The notes below the pieces were generated by a model. The model was not told the origin of the DNA and did not search any database. It worked only from the letters and a program-made list of their open reading frames with translations. 64,000 nt of DNA, from contig NIVC01001098.1 of assembly GCA_002269645.1 (NCBI GenBank), positions 186,001 to 250,000 on the forward strand, given 5' to 3'. The stretch is from Macrostomum lignano (Eukaryota). Both the position numbers and the translations under genes were made by a program. Below, piece after piece: positions 44,870 through 56,305 of this stretch (positions are counted from its first letter, which is position 1; each line of letters opens with the position of its first letter).

Positions 44870-47800
44870 TCAACCGGCAGCAGCCGCTGCGCTGCTGTTG
44901 GCCGCCGAAGATGTCAGGCAGTACGCTAGCGCGGCTGAAGCCGTCTCGGCACCGCGGATCCCAAAGCAGGCAGATCCGGACCCACCGACGCCTCCACCTC
45001 CGCCGCTCCACAGGTCCGCGACTATCGCGGCGAAGCCAGCGGCGACGATGAGGCAGCCAAAGGCGGCGGTGGCCAGCAGCGGGAGGTTTGCCAGCCGGCA
45101 GAAGGGCTCGTCCTGCAGCTGCAGCACGCACAGCGGCGGCAGGATGAAAGCGAGCGGAGCCGCTGTGAGGATGCCCTGGGTGAGGGAGGGGTCGGTGAGA
45201 ATGGTCTCGGGCTGAATACATCCAGCTATTATTCGTGAACTTCAGAAATTCCTCACATTCAGCTGCAGAACAATGTTAAGACAAGGTGTTGCCATGGAGA
45301 CCAGAAATGCACAGCCGACGACGGTGCCGGTGACTGTCACGTGGCGCCAGAGCGGCGAGCCGGGGCGCTGGAACAGAAAGGTCTCCACGACCTCTCTGAC
45401 TACGAAGCAGTCAACTGGGAAGGTGAGCACGAGAGATGCAGCGAACAGCAGCCGGGAGAAGTTGATCAGGTCGTCCCAGCTGCAGTAATTTTCCAGCACA
45501 TCGGGCTGCACAGCCGAGGTGAAGGTGGCGAAACCGAGGGCGCCGAAGATGCCGAAGATCAGCAGGCAGCTGCCAACGGCGGCGTGCGACACGAGCGACC
45601 AGCGCGACAGGCTGCGACGCTGCAGCGAGTGAAAGCACAGGTGCGTGCTGTGCTGGCACATGAAAGCTGCAGTTTAATATGAGGGTGTCGTGAAATGCTT
45701 GCCACCTCTTCCTGTGAGCGTTGCAGTATGCAGTGCTCGTGCTACTGATAAGCGAATCAAGAAGTGCTTGAGAAACGATGCGTCTCACCGGCAGCCATAA
45801 TGCACACGGCCTGGGGAACTCTGTCATTGGCGAATGTCCACTCAAACTCCGCAGGCGTTCTGGTGAAGCAGGGTTGCAGAGCCATGAAAGCCTGATGCAA
45901 ACTCACCTTGCGCTTTCACCTCATTCTAAATTTGCCAGTGTAAATACGAGCAAACTGGAAGTAGCTTTCAAAAGATATCCCTAACAAAGAGGAACACGCG
46001 AGGTATCAATATTCTCATCCTCAAGGACTACTGACGACAGGAATTGTAATCTTCACTGCCCCAGATCAAATACAACCATTGGTTTTGTAATGAAAAATCA
46101 TTTTTCCTATCTCCACAGTGCATATTTTTTCAGGAAATCATGGCCTCCAAAAAATTGCACTATCTTTGAGTTTTACGTCCTGTTATGATGTACAGTGGTC
46201 CGGCTGTCTTCGTTTCCCTTGCTTCCTGTTTGTTTTGATTTTATTCACCTGTACATTACATGATTCTCTGTACTAAATGTTTCTGGAGCGACTAAAAACT
46301 ATTACTTGTAGTTTTACCAGAACAGTACGTGTATGTGTATTGAAAATACTTTCCTTATTTTCCTTATATTTCTACTATTAGTAGAGTATCAAAAAGTTTC
46401 TTAGGCAATCTTATAAATTTAGTATGCTGCTACGAGTTATTTTACTGCAAATAAAGTGTCAATAAATTAGAGGCATTGTGGTTCTATTGGTATACTTGAA
46501 TTAATCGATTTTGCTGTTTCTGTATACGCTATTTCGTGGCGGTCCGGCCAAACAAATCAATTCATAAGTATGCTGAAGCGGCTACAGCTCGTGAAGATCT
46601 CAACTGCAACTGCAACTTTAACTCAGCAACTTTAACTCAGCACTATGCTTGATACTGTATGCCTGAGAACCGATGCTTGAGCGCGAACAACTTACGCAAC
46701 AGGCGAGTAGGCGGACAGTCTGGAGGCCATAGAAACCATGATGAGGCACAGAACCGCAGTTGACAGAAGCGACGTCTGAAATACAATGGAAACGTGCGAC
46801 CTGGGATATCCAAAATTCGGGAGGTAAGTAAATAAAACTCTACCAGTGCATTAGTAACCATTATAACCCCAACACTGCGTTCTCATGTTCTGCGAGTCAA
46901 TTTGCTGCTAATATGCTAAAAAAATAAATGTTTATCAACTCTTTTATCCAAGGCGTTAGACGTGTGTAGCGTTAATCGCAACTGGCTCGGCAAATGTCCC
47001 TGGGTTGAACCACAGACAAGCATTTAAGGATATGTGCGCATTTTGCTGCTAGAGTCAAACCGTTCCTGCTGCATTCCATAACGAACTGCCCAGCCAGCCA
47101 AGATCCATTCGCCATGCGGGAGATTCTCACTGTGCAAGTGGGTGGCGCCGGCATCCGGCTAGGAAATCAGGTGAGCCTCTATAATTAAAACTTATGAAGG
47201 TGTATGGAAAATTCATAGAAAACTTCCTAATTCTTGTATGCCTGAAAACAGTTCTGGGACTACATTCGGACGGAGCACGGGGTGGACCACCTGGGAGTGT
47301 ACCACGGCAACAGCCACCTGCAACTTCAGTACATCGATGTGTACTTCAGCGACATCGAAATGAAGCGACACGTGCCGCGGGCTATCCTGGTGGACTCTGG
47401 CAACGTGACAGACTCGACCAAGTACAACAGATGGCAGCTGCCAATGCTCATCACCCTGCCGCACGTGAGCGGCTCGGCTGGCACGGGCAACGTTTTCTCG
47501 CACGGACTGCTGCACCGCAGCAAGGTCGTCGACAACCTGATGGAAAACTTCCGGCGCGTCAGCGAGACTCTCGAATCCCTCCAGGCCGTGCAGGTCATCC
47601 ATGCCATCGGCGGCGGCACTGGCTCGGGCCTCGTCAGCGCATTTCTGCGCGAACTGCGCGACGACAACACCCGGCTGGTGACGACCTGGACGGTGCTGCC
47701 CAGCCCGGTGGTCTCGGATAAGGTGGTCGAGCCCTACAATGCAGTGCTGAGCGTACCCGCTCTGATCGACAGCGCCGACGTGGTCTGCGCAATCGACAAC

Positions 47801-50800
47801 GAGGCGCTCGCGCGCATCGGCTCCGGCAAGCTGCGCACCGCTCACCCGAACTACGACGTCATGAACTCCGTGGCCGCGCTGGCCATGTCCGGCACCACCG
47901 CCTGCGTCCGGTTCCCCGGCCAGCAGAATTCCGACTGGCGCGGCGTCACCGCCAACCTTGTGCCGTTTCCCCGGCTGCACTTCCTGACTCTCAGCCAGGC
48001 TCCGCTGGCCCGCAATTTCGCCGAGCAAAGCCGCAACCTCGGCCCGCAGGGTCTCATGCAGGTGATTGCTTATCCAGTGATAGCTTTTTGATAGGGAAAT
48101 CCCAGTTCACCCGGCGCATCTTTCGGTAGCTTTTTAGGCGCGTCAGTTCTATTAAAGATCGCATATTCACCAAGATTTAGGTCCACGATTTGTAAGACAG
48201 CTAGGATAGCAGGATATCCGCGATGCCGGATAGCAGCGACTCCTTCGGCATTCTTATTCATTGTCGGCTTGACCGTACCTCAGGAACTTCGACAGGCGAT
48301 GAGAAAGTACAAAAGATTTCATTCTAAGAGATTCGAGGCGCTTGCTCGGCTTCAGTATTACAATTCAAAGCCTTTCATTTCAAGGCGAGCTAAAAATTCA
48401 AGGAGCACTAATCCAGTCCAATTGCATTTTCATTTAGCTCGTAACTTAGAAACTACCTCAGAAGCAGCCAAAGCAACCTTTTTCTTGCAGGAATTGGTGA
48501 GCAGGGAAAATTTCCTCATGCACTGGGACGACAAGCAGGCCCGCTACCTGGCCTGCGCCGCCCTGTTCCGCGGCCGGCTCAGCATGGCGCAGGTGGACGC
48601 GGCAGTCGCCAAGGCCAACGGCCGCATCGCCAGCAGCGGCCTGGTGCCGGACGCCGTGATGCGCTCCGTCTGCGACATCCCGCCGCCGGGCTTTACGGCC
48701 AGTGGGACGCTGGTGGCCAACCACACCGCCGTGGCCCGCGCGCTGGCCCGCTCTGTGGACAAATTTCGCAAGATGTTCAAGAAGCGCGCCTTCATGCACT
48801 GGTACGAGGGCCTCACCGAGGCGGACTTTGCCGAGGCCGAGAAGCGAACGGTTGACTTGGTTGCAGAGTACATCCAGCTGGAGCGGCAGCCAAAGCAGGC
48901 CAGTGGAGTCGACGAGCAGTGGTGATCTGGGCGTGGCCCAGTCGGCTGCTGATGCACTTTCGGTTCGAACTACTCAGAGAAAAAATTCCAAACAACTTGA
49001 TTTTCATTTAAGTTATAAATTTCAGTTGTGCATGGTATAAGTTGTTTTTGGAACTTGAGTTTCTCAGGGTCAAAAATTGCACTGCCGACTGTCGGGAAAT
49101 AAACTTGACCTTTCAACCTTTTTGTTCGTTGGCTCGCGTAAAAGTTAAAAAATGAAAAAAATGCATTCGTAGCTACTTTCGTTAAATTTAATTTAAAGCT
49201 ACCTTGCAAAGTGCATCTCATCGCATACCTTGGACAGCTTAGAGATGTTGCGGTACAAGCTGAGCGGCAGGCAGACGAACAGCGAAGCGAGGAAGACGGC
49301 AAAGTTTCGGTTAGCCAAAACTGAATGGCGCGCCTCCGCTGTGGGATTTGGAATTGGAATTCGAGCTCGTGGATCCATTCTGAGCTGAGATTCATCGACG
49401 CTCAGCAACGAATTTACGGCACCCAATGATTAAAAATTTACTCACGTCCTTGAATCCGAATGACAATCTCGGCAATGGAGTCCCCAATTATGACATTGTA
49501 GCTGACCAGAGCTGGAGTCCAGTTAAAGGGAAAATTGTGCACGCATTGGCGAGATAAACAGGCCAGTGCTCGCACGGGACTAACAGTGGTCCTTGGCTAG
49601 TACTCTCACGGGACTAACAGTAGTCCTTGGCTAGTACTCTCACGGGACTAACAGTAGTCCTTGGCTAGTACTCTCATGGGACTAACAGTGGTCCTTGGCT
49701 AGTAAGGGACTAACAGTGGTCCTTGGCCTAGTACTCTCATGGGACTAACAGTGGTGCTTTGACACAGGACAAGAAACTAGCGGACTCACAGATGAAGGGG
49801 TAGACGGCCTGCATGGCGGTGGCAGTCAGGTAGCCCGCTTTGCCGAGGGAAACTCTGGCCATGTTCTGAAAAGCGGATAAAATATGCCTGGCGTTGCCGA
49901 TGCCACAGACAAGGACAACTCGCAAAGGAATGCAAAAATTTTGTGTTAAGCATTCTCTCCTTTATTTTCATGCACCAACTGAACTTCAGTTCTGTTTTTT
50001 TCACCGGTCTCCAATAGTATTTATTATGTCGTCCTTGCCCACGGTACAGCACACAGACATAAGATCTTTGCCTCCTCCTTAACTGTTCTTCATTAAACGG
50101 TCCGGCATACGAGTAAAACAAGTTAATTTTGAGTCAATAGAACAGAACAAGTGGCTAATACCTGATAAGAGACGGTATTTGAGAGGGCGCCTCCGGTGAC
50201 GATGAGGTGGATGGAGTAGTCGGTGGCCAGCGCCACAGCAGCCAGCAGCAGGAGGCCCAGGCCGATGCCGGAGCAGTGCAGGGCGAAGGGAATGCCTGGG
50301 CTCATTGAGAAGGCATGTTGTGTCTGTTCGGTTCGGGGCTCATTGAGAAGGCATGTTGTGTCTGTTCGGTTCGGGGCTCATTGAGAAGGCATGTTGTGTC
50401 TGTTCGGTTCGGGGCTCATTGAGAAGGCATGTTGTGTCTGTTCGGTTCGGGGCTCATTGAGAAGGCATGTTGTGTCTGTTCAGGTGACCCCCGATCTAGT
50501 CTGGACACCTGATCTGGTCTCACAGGGAATACCCGATCTAGTTGCAAGGCATCTAGTCTCACGGCATCTAGTCTCACAGAGGACACCCGTTTTAGTCTTG
50601 TAGGCAACACCCGATGTAATCTAAAGTCGTACTGTACATTTATAGTCTTTATGCTTTAATGCTATATGGGTACTTACTGCTCTGGAAAATTAGACTATAA
50701 TTATTTTTTGTTTCCATGCTTGCAGCTCTTGCTACATACGAGTACAAACTAACGGGTATTAAACATATGGCTCGTATTTCACACATTCAGATGGAAAAGC

Positions 50801-52198
50801 CAGTACACACGCATTTCTGGGCATATCGTTTCCAATAATATGGAAGCTTTAATTAGAATTTCTCAAATCCATACTTGTCACTCGCCACAAGCCAGGGACA
50901 AGGGTAGCCAGAATAAAGTGCAGCGGAGACAACAGGCAGGCTGCAGGAGACTTAAACTACAGCTACAGGCCTTGTGAGAGTATCCGACTTTGGGAGTTCT
51001 ACCGCAAATCCCAGCTACGCAGACCCTCACGCATCGGCTCACGTCGGAGCCCGCAGGGGGTGCCGGAGCAGCCGCGCCTCCCAGCAGTTTCTGCTTGCTG
51101 CCCGCACGCCCACCGCCAGTGGAGGCCACGCGATGCGGACAGCCGCCCCGGCCGCCAACTTTTCCCCAGCTCTCTGCCGCATCGCGTGCAGGCTATGGGA
51201 GGCAGCCAGTGACTGGCATTAAGAGAAGGCGGGGCAGGCAATAGGCAAGACACTACTGAGCTGGGGCTGTAGCAGCTTATTGCTTTTCCTGGTGCAGGAG
51301 GTGCAGTACGCACTGTGCCACGATGCAGGTGTCCATCATTCACATTAATTGGATTCGCCCCAGCTCTAACAGCGGAGTTGCAGTTCCACGCAAGGCATTA
51401 AGCAGCTTTAGACAGGAATTATTTTGAGTTCAAGGTAAATTACTGACCAACTATGCCCGAGCCGATGACGGAGTTGACCACATTCACAATGGTCATGAGC
51501 AGGCTGGATCGGTGGTCCTCATTGTCGTCATCGCAGCTGGCTGGGAAGACTGCAGAGTTCCAGGTTGCTGTCTCGTCTGCCACGGGGCTCTCAGCACTAC
51601 CGGCGGTAGCCAGCGAGTCTTCTGCAGAGGAGACTGAGTGAGAGTTCTGCAAGAGGCGGGAGGGAATGTTTATCAAAGCTGATCGATCTCGGAGTTTCAG
51701 TCTGATCTACCACAGGGCCCGTAACACAGGTCGATCAGCAATTTTTTTCATGCTGGTCCTCACAGTTTAAAAGCAAAACTAAGTTTAGAAATCCATAAAT
51801 AGTGCTTAGCAGTGCACAAATGTGAGAAATGGTGCGGTGCCGCAGCGGCAAGTGCTGTCCAAGCGGTTCCCGCATCCGGCAGCGGACTTCATGCATAATT
51901 CAGGCATCGCTGCTCAGCCCGGACTATTGAGTGGCGGGGCAGCAGCTCAAGCTTTGCCAGGCCCGGGCCCAAGTTTGGCACTGAAGAATTCTAATCTGAG
52001 AAGAAGCCGTCTCAACAACTGAGCTGAGCGAAATACCTGCTGATGATGACGCTGAAAATTCTGCGCCAGGCCAAGCCGCCGATCTGCCGGATTCTCCAGC
52101 AGCGCTTCGACCGCGTCGAATTCGTTCTTCGGCTCTGCCGCTGATTCAGCCGGGGTGGTCGGGGATGGGCGATGGAAAAGGCTGGCTATAGTGTGCAT
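44870..52198 (-). CDS. SLC38A11: Sodium-coupled neutral amino acid transporter, SLC38A11-like; exons 52037-52198, 51448-51646, 50162-50295, 49790-49865, 49446-49511, 49229-49338, 46696-46775, 45789-45859, 45257-45666, 44870-45175
   Basis: NVVNSVIGSGIVGIPFAL, ATDYSIHL, SYQ, YPFI, VSYNVIIGD, LPLSLYRNISKLSK, FMCQH, DVLENYCSWDDL, LTFPVDCFVVREV, AFILPPLC match recalled SLC38A11. All junctions are GT-AG and phase-consistent. Start codon (52198 or 52207) and the 49338 acceptor are uncertain. Confidence 0.88.
47114..48925 (+). CDS. Highly divergent beta-tubulin-like protein, 433 aa; exons 47114-47170, 47252-48061, 48491-48925; nested antisense in the transporter intron 46776-49228
   Basis: MREI start, intron after codon 19 as in animal beta-tubulins, FWDYIRTEHGVD, PRAILVD, GGGTGSG, VVEPYNA, IDNEAL, RFPGQQNSD, NLVPFPRLHF, FRKMFKKRAFMHWY. 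Confidence 0.88.
49576..49755. repeat. 34-bp intronic repeat, ~5 copies
   Basis: GGGACTAACAGTAGTCCTTGGCTAGTACTCTCAC at 49576, 49610 and onward. Confidence 0.9.
50298..50480. repeat. 38-bp intronic repeat, ~5 copies, abutting a splice acceptor
   Basis: CTCATTGAGAAGG at 50301, 50339, 50377, 50415, 50453. Confidence 0.92.
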
Positions 52199-53329
52199 AA
52201 AATGCATTGCAGTCAGCCTACATGTCATAAACCTAGCACCAAACATAGGCTATCTTAGAAAGCTCTCTGGAAGAATTTCCTTAAATAATGAATGTTGTCT
52301 CAGCATTGTTTTAAACGAAATTTGAGCCTTCAATAAACTTCTCATCAATTTTATGTGCTATATCAAACGCCCTATACTTAGGTGCAATACTTACCCATTC
52401 TGCTCGCAGCAAGCCGGGAACTGTGCTGAGTCCCAGCATGGATGGCAGCAGGGAGCTCTTACATAAGTCTCAGCTCTCAAGTGGGTAGTCCGGTCTGGCC
52501 AATCAGAGTTGACCAATCTCAATTTCAAGCCTGCTTCCAGTGGGAAAGGCCTCTACACCCTTTCCATTGTGTAGCTAACGTGGTTGTGGGTGTCTCATTT
52601 GAAACAGCACAGGAAGTGTGGCGACTTGCAAGCCCGGCAGATCTGTCAGCTCACCTGATAGCATCCCAGATGAGCTGAGGCTTGAGCACCGACCGATTAC
52701 TGCAGGATTTTTACAGGAATAATTGTAGATCAAAGCCTCATTAAACCGCACAAAGACAGATCTCAATACTCAGATCTCAGCATTGATCCTCGTGCGATCA
52801 ATGAGCCCGCAGATACATGGACTCACCGCTTCAGGCTGGGCCAAACAACTAAGCTTTGATCCCTTGCTGGCTCCGGACTGAATTGTGAGATTGTGACTAG
52901 CAAGCTACCTACACCCGCATCAACTCTGCTTTCCTCAAGAGAGGTGGCAACAAAGAGGGAAAGTGCTCACAAAAATCAACAGCCGGCAATAACAGTAGTA
53001 CGCTCGTATAGCCAGGCAATGCAGTAGTAATCAATTCAAACAGCCATAACCAAGAGCAGGTATACATGTGAAAAGTTCCTGGTGTTGAGATGCTTTCAAC
53101 ATCTTTCATCTTTCTTTCAACAGCTTTCAAAATTCCTGGTGTTGAGATGCTTCTCTGATGCTTTCAACGTTCGCGAGTTTTGAAGAGTTTCTGTGTTTTT
53201 GCATGCATGCAAAGTCGGAAGGTCCATCCCAATGCGCACAGTCCCTGACTTTGCCTTGTTAGACGGTCTGGAAAATATCCAAAATAGAATTTCTGGATAT
53301 TTTCAATTGGGCTGAAAGCAATGGGTGCA

Positions 53330-54548
53330 CTCTCTGCATACACAGCACACTGCATGGATGCACTCTCGGCATGCACAGCACACTGGATGCACTCTCGGCA
53401 TGCACAGCACACTGCATGGATGCACTCTCGGCATGCACAGCACACTGGATGCACTCTCTGCATGCACAGCACACTGGATGCACTCTCTGCATGCACAGCA
53501 CACTGGATGCACTCTCGGCATGCACAGCACACTGGATGCACTCTCTGCATGCACAGCACACTGGATGCACTCTCTGCATGCACAGCACACTGGATGCACT
53601 CTCTGCATGCACAGCACACTGGATGCACTCTCTGCATGCACAGCACACTGGATGCACTCTCTGCATGCACAGCACACTGGATGCACTCTCTGCATGCACA
53701 GCACACTGGATGCACTCTCTGCATGCACAGCACATTGGATGCACTCTCGGCATGCACAGCACACTGGATGCACTCTCGGCATGCACAGCACACTGGATGC
53801 ACTCTGTGCATGCACAGCACACTGGATGCACTCTCTGCATGCACAGCACACTGGATGCGCTCTCGGCATGCACAGCACACTGGATGCACTCTCTGCATGC
53901 ACAGCACACTGGATGCACTCTCGGCATGCACAGCACACTGGATGCACTCTCTGCATGCACAGCACACTGGATGCACTCTCGGCATGCACAGCACACTGGA
54001 TGCACTCTCGGCATGCACAGCACACTGGATGCACTCTCTGCATGCACAGCACACTGGATGCACTCTCGGCATGCACAGCACACTGGATGCACTCTCTGCA
54101 TGCACAGCACACTGGATGCACTCTCTGCATGCACAGCACACTGGATGCACTCTCTGCATGCACAGCACACTGGATGCACTCTCTGCATGCACAGCACATT
54201 GGATGCACTCTCGGCATGCACAGCACACTGGATGCACTCTCGGCATGCACAGCACACTGGATGCACTCTGTGCATGCACAGCACACTGGATGCACTCTCT
54301 GCATGCACAGCACACTGGATGCGCTCTCGGCATGCACAGCACACTGGATGCACTCTCTGCATGCACAGCACACTGGATGCACTCTCTGCATGCACAGCAC
54401 ACTGGATGCGCTCTCGGCATGCACAGCACACTGGATGCACTCTCGGCATGCACAGCACACTGGATGCACTCTCGGCATGCACAGCACACTGGATGCACTC
54501 TCGGCATGCACAGCACACTGGATGCACTCTCGGCATGCACAGCACACT
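53330..54548. repeat. 29-bp minisatellite (GCATGCACAGCACACTGGATGCACTCTCT), ~42 copies
   Basis: Period 29; stop-free in all frames. Confidence 0.97.
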
Positions 54549-55697
54549 GTAGCTGTGATAGCAGTTCAGGTATTCATAGTTCATCCGAGTCTCGTATACG
54601 CGAACCAATATGGAGCCGCAGAGCTTTAGTTTGCACTCCCAGTCACTGCCAGTCAGCTGCAGTCCAACATGCAGATCTCATTAGCAATTTCTACCTTTTT
54701 TCTTCCGCAGCCCGCGCCCATGCAGTCAAGTTGTATCGATTCCTCTGCTCCCGCTGAGCTGGGAACTTGAAACTGACGCATGCCAGGTCGCAGCTTTCCC
54801 GCTCAAACTCACCTGCACGAGGATTGCCGGCATGCCTCAATGGGATTATTGTGCACTCGTACTATTGTCGTGCTTGTTATTAACTGTCAGTCTTGGACGA
54901 TCAAGTGATGATTATTGCGTTTTGGGCGTCAATGCTGTTTATGTCGTTAGCTTGAATCGATCGTTCTGCGACCCGTGAGATTAATGCAGTCCTACTTCAA
55001 GTAGTAAAGCTCAGGCAAACTAAAACGAAATTAGTACAAATAGAAACTATGCATTTTTAGGTGCGAGCGTAAGGATTTTCAGAGTTACGAGCGTAGATTA
55101 GCAATCTGCGCCGCTCTCCGTTGTTGAGGCTACAATTTTTTGAATTAGTGCACACCGCCCCTAACTACATGTATAGGTTTTGGCCTTGTAAGTCAACTGA
55201 TGATCTCATAAGGAAAATGACGTTTAAAGCAAAACAGCATCCACCCTGACAGCCAGCTATGCACCCTAAGATATCAGCATCCCCTATGACGTCCGGCTCA
55301 AAGCATCTGAGCAACCCCCATGAGCCACAGTATTTCAGCGATTACCCATATGAGCCTTGACATCTCAGAATTTTCTCACATAAACCTTGACAATTCAGCC
55401 ATTCCCCCTCAGCCACACAATTTCAGCGATCTCACCATGAGCTTTGAAATTTCTCCTGCGAGTCTTGACATCCCAGCGCAAATGCCATGTATGTCATTAG
55501 CTTAGAACTACTGTGTACCTCTCCACTTGTATTTAACTTTAATCAATCGCAGAGTATCAGATGCTACATAGAAGAAACTATAGGCATTTGCTGTATTATA
55601 TAGAAATGATATCGCTATCTCTGATTTAGATACGGTGTGTGCTGTTAAAGCACTCAATGGTGGATTTTTACACTGTACACGTAGATTATTCGTAGTT

Positions 55698-56160
55698 AAT
55701 AATAATAATAATAAATGCTAGAGCACATATACAGTCGCGCCAATACTGTGTGCAGCTCATGCACACACTCAGACAAGGTGTAAAGGGCCTGTCAACTGAA
55801 GCTCAAAAAGCGGAGCCCGAGTAACTTATGTACAAAAATGATATGTCATTCTGCTCACAGTGATACCAGAAAGCTGGATTTGACAAGAAAGCGACCAAAA
55901 TTGGACTCGGGATTGGGGAGAACAAGCAGGGGGATAATTAGGGACTCTACTCAGGATCCACTTTATGAGCTTCAGTTGACAGGCATGCACACTTTCTGTG
56001 CCTCGGGGCTTGGCCGCCCTCGTGGGTGTGAATTGCGCAACAACCCAATTCCGGCTATAATTTTCGTGCACGAGCCCCAAATGAATGGCCGCGAAGGGAA
56101 TCGAACCTGGGGGGTCGTGGCGCGAGAGTCAGACGTGTGAGCTGCTCTGCCCTCATCATC
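55698..56160 (-). mobile_element. Putative tRNA-derived SINE
   Basis: Minus strand B-box GGTTCGATTCC at 56107-56097, weak A-box-like GGCAGAGCAG upstream, (TAT)n tail at 55698-55714. Confidence 0.5.
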
Positions 56161-56305
56161 TGTAGTTATCACAATCAAGGACCACTAGAAGATTTACGTA
56201 ATAATACTACTTTAGTAGTCCATGATATTAGTTAGAAAAGTAAGCTGTTAAGCTAAGTGCAAAAAAATTTGCTATCTCAAGGTCGCTCCAGCGCTATCTT
56301 CACCA

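Noticed and set aside
50880-51343. GC-rich intronic island with several short ORFs
   Set aside because: No recognisable motifs or consistent splice structure; possibly a repeat fragment.
53164-54757. Metallothionein- or cytochrome-like Cys-rich ORFs
   Set aside because: Translations of the 29-bp repeat, open in every frame on both strands.
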